Below are positions 26,688-35,959 of a stretch of 50,069 nucleotides of DNA, piece by piece (position 1 is the first letter of the stretch; each line of letters begins with the position of its first letter). The notes below the pieces were generated by a model, which worked only from the letters and a program-made list of their open reading frames with translations, had not been told where the DNA came from and ran no database searches. The stretch lies in the NCBI GenBank assembly GCA_036559665.1, contig DATBSS010000643.1, positions 1 to 50,069 of the forward strand, read 5' to 3'. This stretch comes from Myxococcaceae bacterium (GTDB taxonomy: Bacteria; Myxococcota; Myxococcia; Myxococcales; Myxococcaceae). A program made the position numbers and the translations under genes.

Positions 26688-27370
26688 GCCTGCCCTCCCG
26701 CCTCCGGGAAGAGCCTGCCCTCGCGGAGCCGGAGCACGCGGGTGGCGGCGGCGCTCATCCGGTCCTCGTGGGTGACCACCAGCACGGTCAGCCCGTCGCG
26801 GTGGAGCGCCTGGAAGAGCTGGATGATCTCCTCGCCGGTGCGCGCGTCCAGGTTCCCGGTGGGCTCGTCGCAGAGCAGCACCCGTGGCCGCCCGAACAGC
26901 GCGCGGGCGATCGCCACCCGCTGCCGCTCGCCGCCGGAGAGCCGCGCCGGGAGCCGGTCCCGCTTGGACTCCAGGCCCACCCGCGCCAGCACCTCCTCCG
27001 CCCGGCGGTGCGCCTCCTCCGGGGCCGAAGGCCGCGAGGCGAAGAACGACGGCAGGAGCACGTTCTCCAGCGCGCTCAGCGCCGGCACCAGGTGGAACGA
27101 CTGGAACACGAAGCCCAGGTGCGCCCCGCGGAACGCGGACAGCGCCCGGTCCGGCAGCCCGGTGAGCCGCGCCCCGTTCACCGAGATCTCCCCCCGGTAG
27201 TCGACGTCCAGCCCGCCCAGCAGGTGCAGCAGCGTGGACTTCCCGCTCCCGGAGGGGCCCACCACCGCCACCAGCTCGCCGTCCGACATGGCGAGGTCCA
27301 GCCCGTCCAGGACGCGCACCTCGGCGTCGCCGTCCCGGTACGACTTGACGATTCCCTTCGCCTCGATCAC
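26684..27370 (-). CDS. ABC transporter ATP-binding protein (LolD/MacB-NBD-like)
   Basis: Walker A GPSGSGKST, Q-loop FVFQ, signature LSGGERQRVAIARAL, Walker B VLLCDEPTGNLD, H-loop VTHE. The GTG start overlaps the upstream lipoprotein stop (GTGA). The rest of ORF 26684..28438 is junk. Confidence 0.92.
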   Translation of the reverse strand: MIEAKGIVKSYRDGDAEVRVLDGLDLAMSDGELVAVVGPSGSGKSTLLHLLGGLDVDYRGEISVNGARLTGLPDRALSAFRGAHLGFVFQSFHLVPALSALENVLLPSFFASRPSAPEEAHRRAEEVLARVGLESKRDRLPARLSGGERQRVAIARALFGRPRVLLCDEPTGNLDARTGEEIIQLFQALHRDGLTVLVVTHEDRMSAAATRVLRLREGRLFPEAGGQA

Positions 27371-28968
27371 TGCGGCGCCTGGATGCGGACCTGCACCTCG
27401 GCCTCTACCCACCCGTCCGCGTACCCGGCCCGGAAGGTGATCGCCCGCAGGTCGTCGATGGCGTCCATCCAGCGCAGCGTGGTGGCCTTCATCGCGAACC
27501 CGCCGACGCCCCAGGCGGACGAGGGGAGCGCGCGGATGGACTCGGCCAGCCGGTGCAGGTCGATGGCGAAGGACAGCGGGCTCTGGAACAGCGCCTGGAA
27601 CGCGGGGTCCGCCGCCAGGCCTTCGGCCGCCGCCTTGTCCTTGGCGCGCGTGATGGTCTCGTCCAGGCGAGACACGGGCGCGGCCATCACGGCCTTGTCG
27701 CCGACCAGCGCCAGGTTGGCGCCCTCCCCTTGCGCGTAGTGCGTGAGGTACACGGTCTGCCCACTGCGGTCGGACGGCTCGATGATGGCGCCGTAGCGCT
27801 GCGCCGCCGCGGGGATGTCTTCCAGCGTCTGCGCCGCCTTCGCCGGGTCCTTCACCTCGCCCGCCACCACCAGGTGAAGGTAGCGGAAGGGGTTGGTGCG
27901 CCGGGGGTCGAGCTGGGGGACGCCGGCGGCCAGGTTGACCGTCGGCGCCAGGGAGAGCGAGAGCACCGTCCCCGGCTTCAGGTTCTGGAGGATCTGGTCG
28001 CCCAGCGCGACCTCGCGCTCGTTCACCCGGCGCCGCCCCAGCTCCCCGAGGAGGTCCTTCCACAGCGGCGCCATCTCGGAGGGAGGTCCCAGGGACCGCA
28101 TGACGAAGAAGGCGTCCGGCGCGGCCAGCCCGAACAGGTCCGGCGCCGGGCGCTGCGCGGTCAGCACCTCCAGCGACTTCTCCGTGTTGGGCCACGGCTG
28201 GACCCAGGTGAACGCCAGCGCGTCCGCCCTCAGCGACAGCGAGAGCATCGCGCCGTGCATGGCGCCTCGCTGCGACCGTGACGAGGTCGGCGGCACCCGG
28301 ACCATGACCTGGGCGTCCTTGGGAACGCGCTTCATGGCCTGCTGGAACTCGGATTCGGTGGCGAGCGCGGCGCTCTCGCCCACCGCGGAGAGCTCCGCCA
28401 TGCGGCCGGCGGCCTTTCCCCCCGAGAGGAAGGCCCATCGCTCCTGGAAGAGCACGGCGAGCATGGGCGGGCCGCCCGGCTTCCGGCTGAAGGTGACCAT
28501 CCGGTAGCCGTCCACCTCGGTCTCGGCGGCGGCGGTCGCGTTCATCCGGTCGCGCGCGATGCGGCGCGCGAGGTCCTGGACGGCCTTCTCGTCCTTCACC
28601 CCGGCCACGACGTAGGCGTCATCGCCCTTCAACCACACGACGCCGGCGCCGCGGGACGGGTCCAGCCCGGCGCGTTCCATGGACTCGCGCGAGCGCAGGT
28701 CCACGCCGAGTTGGAGCGCGAGCCCCCCGGCCAGGTCCGAGGCGCTGCCGGCCCCCTGGAGCTGCGCGCCGATGCTCGCCAGCTTGAGCTGTTCGAGCCG
28801 GAGGATGGCGGTGCCCAGGGCGCCCAGGTCGGGGACCAGCACCACCGCCTCCGCGTCCCGCGGGAGCACGCGCGCCAGCTCCGGCGCCCGCCCGCCAACG
28901 CGGCCGCAGCGGCTGCACCCGGGCACGGCGACGACCAGCGCGGCGGCGAGGAGGAGCGCGCGTCTCAT
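27367..28968 (-). CDS. Hypothetical lipoprotein (533 aa) co-transcribed with the MacB-like ABC pair
   Basis: Lipobox LVVAVPGC. Balanced, protein-like composition throughout. I recognise no catalytic motif. Confidence 0.7.
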   Translation of the reverse strand: MRRALLLAAALVVAVPGCSRCGRVGGRAPELARVLPRDAEAVVLVPDLGALGTAILRLEQLKLASIGAQLQGAGSASDLAGGLALQLGVDLRSRESMERAGLDPSRGAGVVWLKGDDAYVVAGVKDEKAVQDLARRIARDRMNATAAAETEVDGYRMVTFSRKPGGPPMLAVLFQERWAFLSGGKAAGRMAELSAVGESAALATESEFQQAMKRVPKDAQVMVRVPPTSSRSQRGAMHGAMLSLSLRADALAFTWVQPWPNTEKSLEVLTAQRPAPDLFGLAAPDAFFVMRSLGPPSEMAPLWKDLLGELGRRRVNEREVALGDQILQNLKPGTVLSLSLAPTVNLAAGVPQLDPRRTNPFRYLHLVVAGEVKDPAKAAQTLEDIPAAAQRYGAIIEPSDRSGQTVYLTHYAQGEGANLALVGDKAVMAAPVSRLDETITRAKDKAAAEGLAADPAFQALFQSPLSFAIDLHRLAESIRALPSSAWGVGGFAMKATTLRWMDAIDDLRAITFRAGYADGWVEAEVQVRIQAPQ

Positions 28969-28999
28969 GGAAGGCAGTGAAGCCGGTTCTCCGGACGAG

Positions 29000-30883
29000 T
29001 CAAGGACGCAGGCGCGGCCGGCGCGCGAGCGCGAACGCCCAGAGCAGCGCCGCCAGCGCCCAGGCCGGCGACCCCAGGGACGAGCAACCGCCGCAGCTCA
29101 CGCCCAGGTGGCTGGGCGGCTTCAAATCGGCGGTGGACGTGAAGGACACCTCCCCGGCGCCGAGGACCCGGGGGAGCGAGGCCCGCACGGTGGTCGTCGG
29201 CGACCTGCCGAGCTTGAGCTGTGTGGAGGCCAGACCGGTTTCGTCCGTGACCGCGAACGCTGGAGAGACCTGCCCTTCCCCGGAGGTGACCTCGAACGCC
29301 ACCTGAACGCCCGCCGCGCCGGCGCCGGACTCGAACCGGACCGCCACGGCCAGCGGCTGGGACAGCACCTCGCCGGGGTCGGCGTGCTGGCCGTCACCAC
29401 CCACCGCGGCGAGCTTCACCGGGGTGAGCGACGCCTCCGCGGTGCCGCCGTACGCGCCCGCGTTGACCCGGCCCTGGTGCGGCAGCCGCTGCGCGCCGAT
29501 GGGCGTGGACAGATCGCCCCAGTCCAGGAACGGGCTGGTGCTCGCGCCGGCGTGGAGGATGCCGGACGGATCGAAGAACCCCGCGGTGGAGGCGAGATGG
29601 AAGTCCGAGCCGGGAGCGACGAACAGCGGGTCGGCCTCCAGGCCGTTGAGGTCGAACCCCTGCCCTTGCCAATCCAGCAGCGTGTGGACGTCCACGCCTC
29701 CCAGGGCGGCATAGCCGGCGTCCCCCAACGGGAGGAATCCGTTGTAGTCGCTGGCGGAGAGCCCAGTCCCGTCGGAATAGAAGGCGGGCGCGCGGTCGAA
29801 GCCGATCAGGTTGTTGAAGAAGCGCGCCCGGTCCGAACCGTCCTCGAGGGCGATCTCGGCCGTGTCGGCGTCCTGGCTCACCTGCGCGTTGCGCCAGAAG
29901 GTGTTGTTGAGCACCTGGGCCGGCGAGGACACTTGCGACCCACACAGCTCCTCATTCCCGCAGCCGAGCAACCCCAGCGCGTCGCCGCCGTTGCCGTACA
30001 CGAGGTTGTTGCGGACCACCGGCGACGGCGCGCCCGCCAGGTAGATCTGCGCCGGGGTCCCCGTGGTGAAGAAACTGTTGGCGAAGATCTCGTTGCCCAC
30101 CACGCGCACGTCCGGCGGGCCCTGGATCCACACCGCGGCGCTGCACGAAGGGCAGTCGTGCAGCCGGTTCCAGCTCACCTCGCACCCGGGACAGGACGGG
30201 GCCCAGGTGTCGATGTCCACCGGCGAGGCGCCGAAGCCCCTCAGGCCGTAGATGTCCATCCCGGTGACCACCCACCCTGTAGGGCCGGCGTCCGGCAACC
30301 CCCCGTCCGGCGCGTCCTCGGGGCCGAGGATCCGGACGCCGCTGCCGTAGGGCTCGTTCCCGGAGGGCTCCATGTCGGTGATGCCGAAGCCCTTCACGGT
30401 GATGAACGAGACGGTGATGAACACGCCGACCGTCCCGGTGTTCTGCCCGTCCATCAGCACCAGCGGGACACCGGCGTCGTCGCGCGCGCAGCGGCCGGAC
30501 GGGTCCAGCAGCCCCTCCACGGTCAATGGAGCCCCGAGCGCTCCCTCCTTGCCGGGGACCGTCAGCGCCAGCCCAGGGGACCCCGCGTCCGGCGAGTAGC
30601 GACCGGCGTTGAGGTAGATGGTGTCGCCCGGCCCTACCGGGTTGGCGTCGTACGCCAGCTGCGGCGAGTCACACGGGCGCGCGCAAGTCCCGCAGGGCGC
30701 GGACGCCTGCCCCGGGCCCATGGACGCGCAGCCGGGGAAGGCGCGGTCCCCGGCGGTGCTGCGGTCGTTCACGTAGTACGCGGTGGCGAACGCGGCGCGC
30801 GGCGCCAGCGCCACGAACGCCAGCACCGCGCCAACCTGCCAGCTCTTCCCGCGCACGGACCCCGGGTGTACCACGGAGGGCAT
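29000..30883 (-). CDS. Cell-surface right-handed beta-helix repeat protein with a Big-like domain and a MYXO-CTERM sorting tail
   Basis: Signal peptide (...AVLAFVALAPRAAFA). Beta-helix repeat signatures (VRVVGNEIFAN, VVRNNLVYGNG, VLNNTFWRN, FFNNLIGF). Ig-like region (PLAVAVRFESGAGAAGVQVAFEVTSGEGQVSP). C-terminal GVSCGGCSSLGSPAWALAALLWAFALARRPR matches the myxobacterial Cys-rich/TM/Arg sorting signal. Start taken at Met 30883 (alternative 30919). Confidence 0.8.
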   Translation of the reverse strand: MPSVVHPGSVRGKSWQVGAVLAFVALAPRAAFATAYYVNDRSTAGDRAFPGCASMGPGQASAPCGTCARPCDSPQLAYDANPVGPGDTIYLNAGRYSPDAGSPGLALTVPGKEGALGAPLTVEGLLDPSGRCARDDAGVPLVLMDGQNTGTVGVFITVSFITVKGFGITDMEPSGNEPYGSGVRILGPEDAPDGGLPDAGPTGWVVTGMDIYGLRGFGASPVDIDTWAPSCPGCEVSWNRLHDCPSCSAAVWIQGPPDVRVVGNEIFANSFFTTGTPAQIYLAGAPSPVVRNNLVYGNGGDALGLLGCGNEELCGSQVSSPAQVLNNTFWRNAQVSQDADTAEIALEDGSDRARFFNNLIGFDRAPAFYSDGTGLSASDYNGFLPLGDAGYAALGGVDVHTLLDWQGQGFDLNGLEADPLFVAPGSDFHLASTAGFFDPSGILHAGASTSPFLDWGDLSTPIGAQRLPHQGRVNAGAYGGTAEASLTPVKLAAVGGDGQHADPGEVLSQPLAVAVRFESGAGAAGVQVAFEVTSGEGQVSPAFAVTDETGLASTQLKLGRSPTTTVRASLPRVLGAGEVSFTSTADLKPPSHLGVSCGGCSSLGSPAWALAALLWAFALARRPRLRP

Positions 30884-31276
30884 CGTTGCGAAGCCAGGGG
30901 GCGGTGCGGGTCCCCTCACCCTGGTGGTGTACCGCTTCCCACCCCCTGGCTTCTTGGAAACCTGCGCAACGACTCAGGAGAACCCGTCCACCACGGACGG
31001 GAATCGGATGAATGGCCGCGCGGGAGGGCTCGAAACGGCTCCTGGAGGATGCCGAGACGGTCCACCTCCCGCGCGACCTGGTTCGATGGCGCGTGCGGAA
31101 AGCATGCGAAATGATCGGCCTCGCCGGACGCGAGTTGTGAGGCGTTTCCGGCAACCTGATTTCTCGCCGATGGAGCGCTCGTGCGCCGGCTGGAAAGCCT
31201 CCTGCCGGGGTGGAGCGCCCGGGCGCAGCCGGGTGCCGGTGGATTGACGCCGGGGGCGGTAGACTCCGGCGCGTTC

Positions 31277-34012
31277 ATGCCCTCCCAGCCTGTCGACCCC
31301 GCGGGCGAACCGGCCACCCTTCGCATCACGGTGCCCATGCCGACCGCGGAGCAGGAGCGCGCCGCGGAGGCGGTGCCGCCCGCGCTGCGCGACAAGGGGC
31401 GCGGCGAGCCCATCGGCCGCTACCTGACGCTCGGGGTGCTGGGGCGCGGCGGGATGGGCGTGGTGTACGCCGCCTACGACCCGGAGCTGGACCGCAAGAT
31501 CGCCATCAAGGTGGTAGCGGTCACCCCGTCCGGCACTGCTCGCCAGGAGCGCCAGGCCCGGCTGTTGCGCGAGGCGCAGGCCATGGCCCGCGTCGCCCAC
31601 CCCAACGTGGTGGCGGTGCACGACGTGGGCGCCACCGAGGACGGCGTGTTCGTGGCGATGGACCTGGTGGATGGCACCACGCTCAAGCGGTGGACCCAGG
31701 CCATGCCGCGCGCGCCGCTGGAGGTGCTGCGCGCCTTCGTCGAGGCGGGCCGCGGCCTGGTCGCCGCCCACGCCGCCGGGCTGGTGCACCGCGACTTCAA
31801 ACCCGAGAACGTGCTGGTCGGCCGGGACGGGCGGGTGATGGTCACCGACTTTGGCCTGGCCCGGCTGGTGGACGGGCAGGACGGCGCGACGCCCGCCCCG
31901 CTCGCGGACGCCGTCCGGATCCGCTCGCTGGACGGGCGGGACAAGCCGGCGGGGCGGAATGGCGCGCCGGAATCGCCCATTGCCGACGCCGTCCGGATCC
32001 GCGTGCTGGACAGCGACGTCACCCGGGCCGGCGCGGTGCTGGGCACGCCCCTGTACATGGCGCCGGAGATGTTCGCCGGCGCGCCCCCGGACGAGCGTTC
32101 GGACCAGTTCAGCTTCTGCGCCGGGCTCTACTGGGGCCTGTTCCAGGAGCGGCCCTACATCCCGGAGATGCTCCGCGCGCACGCGCTGGGGCTGAACGCG
32201 CCGCACGCGCCGCCACCTCTGATGCAGCCCATGCCGCCGGACCGCCGGGTGCCGGCGCGGGTGCGGCGGGCGGTGGAGCGCGGGCTCCAGCTCCGCCCAC
32301 AGGACCGGTTCCCCACCATGGCCGCCCTGCTGGCCGAGCTGGAGCCCACCCTCCAGCGCCGCGCGCGGGCACCCGCCTTCGCCGCCGCGGGGGTGGTGGC
32401 GCTGGTCGCGGTGCTGGCGGGGGCGACCCTCCAGCGGACGCTCACCCTCCGCGCCGAGCGCTGCACCGGCGGGCCCGCGCTGATGGCCCCCGCCTGGAGC
32501 CAGCCCGTCCGCGAGCGGCTCCAGTCCCGACTCGCCCAGCTCCCGGGTCAATACGAGCGCGCGTCGGCGGCGCTGGACACGTACGCGCAGGGTTGGCTGG
32601 CGATGCACCGCGACGCGTGCGAGGCCACCGCGCTCCGCGGCGAGCAGTCCGAGTCCGCGCTCCAGCTCCGGATGGGCTGCCTGGACACCCGCCTCAAGGA
32701 GCTGCAGAGCCTCACCGCGCTCCTCTCCAACGCGGACGCGGCCATGGCCGGCCAGTCGGTGGACGCGGCGCTGGGACTGACCTCGGTGCGCGCTTGCGCG
32801 GACGCGGCGGCGCTGGCAGGCGTGGCGCCGCTCCCCACCGAATCCGCCGCCCGGAGGGAGGCGGAGGCGCTGGTCAAGGAGCTGGCGGACGCCAACGCGC
32901 TCCGGCTGGCGGGCGACTACCGGAGCGCGCTGGGGCGGGCGGAGGGGGCCGCCTCCCGCGCCGCGGTGCTGCGCTCGAGGCCGCTGGAGGCGCAGGCGCT
33001 CTACCTGCGCGGGCTCCTGGAGGAGCGCGTGGGCCGGGCGAAGGAGGGCGAGCAGACGCTGATCGCCGCCGTCCACGCCGCGGACGCCGCCCGCGACGAC
33101 GCGCTGCGGACGAAGGTGGCCTTGCGGCTGGTGTACCTGGACAGCCTGGACCTCCGCTTCGCGGAGGGGCACGCGTGGGAAGCGGTGGCGCGCGCGGCGC
33201 TGGAGCGTTCGGGGAGCAACCCGGAGCTGGAGGGGGAGCTGCTGAACAGCGTCGGCTCGCTCCGGATGGGCGAGGGCCGGATGGCGGAGGCGCTGGAGGC
33301 GTACCGGCGCGGGCTGGCGCTGCTGGAGGCGGCGCTGGGGAAGGAGAGCTCCAAGCGCGTGCTCGCGCTGGGGAACCTGGGCCTGGTCGAGCTGCGGCTG
33401 GGGCAGCGGCAGGAGGCGGCGGCGCACCTGGAGGAGTCGATCACCGGCATCGAGCGCCTCCGCGGCCCGGACCACCCTACCCTCTCCGCCCCGCTCAACA
33501 ACCTGGCGGTGGCCCTCTCCGAGCTGGGGAAGGGACCGCCCGCCGAGCACGCCGCGGACCGCGCCATCGCGATCGCCCGCGCGCGCTTCGGGCCCGACCA
33601 CCAGCGGGTGACCACCGCGCTCGACATGAAGGCCACCGTGCTCCAGAACGAGCGCCGCTTCGACGAGGCGATCGCCGCCTACCGGGAGTCGATGGCGATC
33701 AAGCTGCGGACGGTCCGCCCGGACGACCCGGACCTCTCCTTCTCGCACGAGGGCATCGGCGAGTCGCTGCTGGGGCTGGGCCGGCCGCGCGAGGCCGTGG
33801 CGGAGCTGGAGCAGGCGCTGGCCCTGGGCGAAAAGGGAGAGCCCCTGGCGCGCGGGGACACCCGCTTCGCGCTGGCCCGCGCCCTGTCGGCGATGGGGCG
33901 GTCCTCCGGGCGGGCGCGCGCGCTGGCCACCCAGGCCCGCGCGGACTACCAGGCCGCCAGCCGTTCGGAGAAGGCGGGCGCGGTGGAGCAGTGGCTGGCG
34001 GAGCATCCGTAG
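31277..34012 (+). CDS. Ser/Thr protein kinase with a long C-terminal TPR region
   Basis: GRGGMGVVYAA, IAIKVV, HRDFKPENVLV, DFGLAR and LYMAPE. A ~600-aa C-terminal region carries TPR-like repeats (e.g. LNNLAVALSELGKGPPAEHAADRAIAI). The activation segment carries a ~40-aa insert with an internal repeat. Start taken at ATG 31277 (ORF opens at 31181). Confidence 0.88.
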   Translation: MPSQPVDPAGEPATLRITVPMPTAEQERAAEAVPPALRDKGRGEPIGRYLTLGVLGRGGMGVVYAAYDPELDRKIAIKVVAVTPSGTARQERQARLLREAQAMARVAHPNVVAVHDVGATEDGVFVAMDLVDGTTLKRWTQAMPRAPLEVLRAFVEAGRGLVAAHAAGLVHRDFKPENVLVGRDGRVMVTDFGLARLVDGQDGATPAPLADAVRIRSLDGRDKPAGRNGAPESPIADAVRIRVLDSDVTRAGAVLGTPLYMAPEMFAGAPPDERSDQFSFCAGLYWGLFQERPYIPEMLRAHALGLNAPHAPPPLMQPMPPDRRVPARVRRAVERGLQLRPQDRFPTMAALLAELEPTLQRRARAPAFAAAGVVALVAVLAGATLQRTLTLRAERCTGGPALMAPAWSQPVRERLQSRLAQLPGQYERASAALDTYAQGWLAMHRDACEATALRGEQSESALQLRMGCLDTRLKELQSLTALLSNADAAMAGQSVDAALGLTSVRACADAAALAGVAPLPTESAARREAEALVKELADANALRLAGDYRSALGRAEGAASRAAVLRSRPLEAQALYLRGLLEERVGRAKEGEQTLIAAVHAADAARDDALRTKVALRLVYLDSLDLRFAEGHAWEAVARAALERSGSNPELEGELLNSVGSLRMGEGRMAEALEAYRRGLALLEAALGKESSKRVLALGNLGLVELRLGQRQEAAAHLEESITGIERLRGPDHPTLSAPLNNLAVALSELGKGPPAEHAADRAIAIARARFGPDHQRVTTALDMKATVLQNERRFDEAIAAYRESMAIKLRTVRPDDPDLSFSHEGIGESLLGLGRPREAVAELEQALALGEKGEPLARGDTRFALARALSAMGRSSGRARALATQARADYQAASRSEKAGAVEQWLAEHP
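31904..32002 (+). repeat. Direct repeat (21-mer, 20/21 identical, 78-bp period) inside the kinase activation segment
   Basis: GCGGACGCCGTCCGGATCCGC (31904..31924) and GCCGACGCCGTCCGGATCCGC (31982..32002) encode ADAVRIR twice, between the DFG and APE motifs. Confidence 0.85.
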
Positions 34013-34172
34013 GGGGGCCGCCTCACGGCGCATCGTCCGCGACGAGCGGGCGCGACCGCGCCCGAGCATCCGCCACTCCTGACGCCCCGCGGCGCGAACC
34101 CGCTCGCCCGTGGCCGCGCCGGCGCGTTCGCATCCCACCTCGTAAGCTCGCTGGTAAAGACCGTTTCATCCC

Positions 34173-34188
34173 GGGCACGGCCGTTGCT
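34173..34188 (+). promoter_or_regulatory. Candidate sigma-54 (-24/-12) promoter
   Basis: GGGCACGGCCGTTGCT matches TGGCACG-N4-TTGCW at every position except the first T, with correct GG/GC spacing. It ends ~38 nt upstream of ATG 34227. Confidence 0.4.
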
Positions 34189-34226
34189 GCCTGGCACCGC
34201 CACCTACTCGCTGCGGAGGTGACTCA

Positions 34227-35132
34227 ATGCATCGCGCCACGAACTGGTTCCTCGCGCTCGCCGCCGTGCTCGGCACGGGCTGCATCGCCCTGGGCCCCAC
34301 GCCAGGTCTGACCTTCAGCTCCGCGGTGCCGGCCTCGCGCCCGAGCGCCGAGATCTCCGCCTCCATCACCCCCGGCTACATGCTGAGCAGCGCCGTCACC
34401 CAGCCCACCGCGGAGGAACCGCAATACGCCACCCCCATGCTCCAGTACTCCCTGCTGGTGGACCCGGCCACCTGGCTGGGCAACTCGGGCTTTTCCGCCG
34501 GCTTCCGCGTGCTCGGCACGGGTGACGGCTACGTCGAGCCGGAGCTCCGCTGGCGGCGCAGCTTCCTGGACCACGACCTGCTGTCGGTGGGCGCCACCAT
34601 CAGCGGCACCCTCGTCTCGTACCAGGACGCGGAGCACCCGGGGATCGGCTACCGCGCCGGCCGCGGCACCCTGGAGGCCGGCGCCGAATTCCGCGTCACC
34701 CCGCCCTGGTGGGTCGAGCTCCGCGCCCTCGGCGGCGGCTCCGCCACCGCGCTCTCCGCCAGCGGCACCTGGTGCGCCAACGCGGACAACGGCATCCCCG
34801 CCTTCTGCCCCACCGACGGCACGCCGGTGCTGAACGTCTCCGGGTCGGCGATGGGCGTCTACTGGTCCGCCTACGGCGGCCTGGCGGTGGACGCCCTCCG
34901 GCCCCAGGCCACCTTCTTCCACTTCGCGCGCGTCTCCGGCGTGGTGGCCGCCGGCTCCATGCCCACCATGGTCCCGGCAGCGGCTCAGCCGGGCATCACC
35001 CAGAGCGTGCCTTCCCCCGTCACGCAGGGCGGCGACGCGCTCTGGGCCTACTGGGGCCTCTCCGCCACCATCGCCTTCGGGCTGCCGGGGGAACCGGCCA
35101 GGCCCGGCGAATCGGCGCCCGCGCCGCAGTGA
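34227..35132 (+). CDS. Hypothetical lipoprotein, beta-rich
   Basis: Lipobox AAVLGTGC. Gly/Ser/aromatic beta-strand-like composition with G/C third positions. I recognise no family. Confidence 0.65.
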   Translation: MHRATNWFLALAAVLGTGCIALGPTPGLTFSSAVPASRPSAEISASITPGYMLSSAVTQPTAEEPQYATPMLQYSLLVDPATWLGNSGFSAGFRVLGTGDGYVEPELRWRRSFLDHDLLSVGATISGTLVSYQDAEHPGIGYRAGRGTLEAGAEFRVTPPWWVELRALGGGSATALSASGTWCANADNGIPAFCPTDGTPVLNVSGSAMGVYWSAYGGLAVDALRPQATFFHFARVSGVVAAGSMPTMVPAAAQPGITQSVPSPVTQGGDALWAYWGLSATIAFGLPGEPARPGESAPAPQ

Positions 35133-35200
35133 CTCCCGGCGAGCAGGCCCCCTTCTTCGTGGATCTCGCTCCGGCCTCGCCGTGATATCCGGCGGGGCAT

Positions 35201-35929
35201 ATGAGCCACCTCCTCCGAGTGCTTGTCGCCGTTTCGGTCCTCGCGGTCCCCGGAGTGGCGCTCGCGCAGTGCACCAAGGACACCGAATGCAAGGGCGACC
35301 GCGTCTGCGAGCGCGGCGCCTGCGTCTCCCCGAGCGAGCGCGCGCCCGCGCCTCCGCCTCAGCCCGAGTACACCGCGCCGCCCCCGCCCCCGGTCGTATC
35401 GGCCCCGCCGCCGGCCGCACGCCCGCCGCCCGCCCGCCGCGCGCCCCCCGCCGAAGGGCCCTGGGACGCGAGCGCGAGGAAGAACGTCATCGCCTACAAC
35501 TTCCTCTCCACGCTCTCCGGGTTCTACGTGGCCTCCACCCTGCAGAACCAGGACCCGGGGCTGAGCATCCTGCAGTTCGGCTTCATCTACGAGCGCGTCG
35601 TCTTCCCGAACTTCACCCTGACCGGCTCCCTCACGCCCAACTTCTGGTCGGACGCGGCCGGCGGCCTCTTCTATTGCGGCATCACCGCCGGCGCGAGGTA
35701 CTACTTTTTCGGGAACGCGCCGGACGGCTTCTGGGCGGGGGGCGAGATGGGCACGCTCGCGCTGAACCTCGGGCTGGGGTTGATCTTCGAGGGCGGGTAC
35801 CAGTGGGCGTTGGACTCCGGGCTCACCATTGGCGTGACCGCCGGCCTCTCGCTCGTCGGCGCTCAAGCTCCGCAGACGGGCGTCATCGCGGGCTTCGGGC
35901 TGGGCGGGCACGTGGGCTGGAATTTCTAG
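35201..35929 (+). CDS. Secreted protein: short Cys-rich module, Pro-rich linker and a C-terminal beta-barrel-like domain
   Basis: Signal peptide ...VLAVPGVALA. CTKDTECKGDRVCERGACV module, then a poly-Pro linker. The Gly/aromatic-rich C-domain ends ...GGHVGWNF (terminal Phe). The GGYQW...G(L/F).. segment resembles the 6988..7620 product. Confidence 0.65.
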   Translation: MSHLLRVLVAVSVLAVPGVALAQCTKDTECKGDRVCERGACVSPSERAPAPPPQPEYTAPPPPPVVSAPPPAARPPPARRAPPAEGPWDASARKNVIAYNFLSTLSGFYVASTLQNQDPGLSILQFGFIYERVVFPNFTLTGSLTPNFWSDAAGGLFYCGITAGARYYFFGNAPDGFWAGGEMGTLALNLGLGLIFEGGYQWALDSGLTIGVTAGLSLVGAQAPQTGVIAGFGLGGHVGWNF

Positions 35930-35959
35930 GGTCGGGTCGGCCGGGCTAGTCTCTCGGGG

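Noticed and set aside
34192-34207. Second TGGCAC motif right after the candidate sigma-54 promoter
   Set aside because: TGGCACCGCCACCTAC has no TTGC/GC element at the -12 spacing.
28679-34311. ORFs 28679..31114 (+), 30974..34138 (-) and 31210..34311 (+)
   Set aside because: They are shadows of the beta-helix gene and the TPR kinase gene, with Arg/Gly/Pro/Ala runs and no motifs.
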